Assembly (NCBI GenBank): GCA_036676705.1 | Contig: JAKFCJ010000178.1 | Coordinates: 1-63,669, forward strand | Direction: 5' to 3' | Origin: Bacteroidota bacterium | Lineage (GTDB): Bacteria > Bacteroidota > Bacteroidia > UBA8524 | DNA: 63,669 nucleotides | Shown here: positions 63,632-63,669 of the stretch, one piece after another | How positions within the stretch are numbered: the first letter of the stretch is position 1 | How the letters are laid out: every line of letters starts with the position of its first letter | Translations under genes and position numbers: made by a program | Notes under the pieces: model-generated | What the model was told of the DNA's origin: nothing | Database searches by the model: none | What the model saw: the letters and a program-made list of their open reading frames with translations, nothing else

Positions 63632-63669
63632 ATGAAAACCCGTATCGCCTTATTTGCTTCCGGAAATGG
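63632..63669 (+). CDS. purN: Probable phosphoribosylglycinamide formyltransferase, first 12 codons only
   Basis: MKTRIALFASGN(G) resembles the PurN N-terminus (IAvlaSGnGsN). The gene is truncated by the window end. Confidence 0.35.
   Translation, partial: MKTRIALFASGN

Overview
This window looks like a Bacteroidota chromosomal segment. That call is inferred from the gldK/L/M/N gliding and type IX secretion (T9SS) genes, three proteins with T9SS C-terminal sorting domains, and recurrent TAnnTTTG -7 promoter boxes. I called about 60 protein-coding genes at high density, plus one tRNA-Val(TAC). I saw no rRNA, CRISPR array, integrase or transposase. Most of the window is housekeeping:
- 5' end: cinA (partial), a 2-oxoacid dehydrogenase E2 subunit, an ECF sigma/anti-sigma-like pair, and pyrG.
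- One long minus-strand block: acpP-fabF-rnc-purH-mreBCD-mrdA-rodA.
- pyk and ftcD.
- A T9SS core cluster: a DUF4271-like gene, a hemD-like gene, porP/sprF-like, then gldK-gldL-gldM-gldN.
- hemW, a divergent nfu/hscA pair, OmpA-like proteins, fabD and hldD.
- A TIGR02757-like/prsW/PLP-enzyme operon.
- An AsmA-like protein, an MltD-like LysM transglycosylase, a DUF4837-like gene and the start of purN.

The parts worth a second look are:
1. A second tandem gldM-gldN pair behind its own terminator.
2. Four tandem paralogous lipoproteins of a family I do not recognise, followed by a T9SS cargo gene (38.0-42.5 kb).
3. A visibly AT-rich three-gene segment (49.4-57.1 kb) that abuts the 3' end of tRNA-Val. 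It encodes a large propeller-S8 peptidase and a GloVer-like repeat protein, both with T9SS sorting domains, and a lipoprotein between them.
4. A ~170-220 bp direct repeat flanking a hydrolase gene.
5. A dispersed family of 7-8-nt-period 'word' tiles that build long intergenic hairpins and sit directly upstream of several start codons.

All family assignments come from motifs read in the translations. No database search was possible. Start codons were refined by hand where a signal peptide, a conserved N-terminus or a promoter box argued for an internal start.
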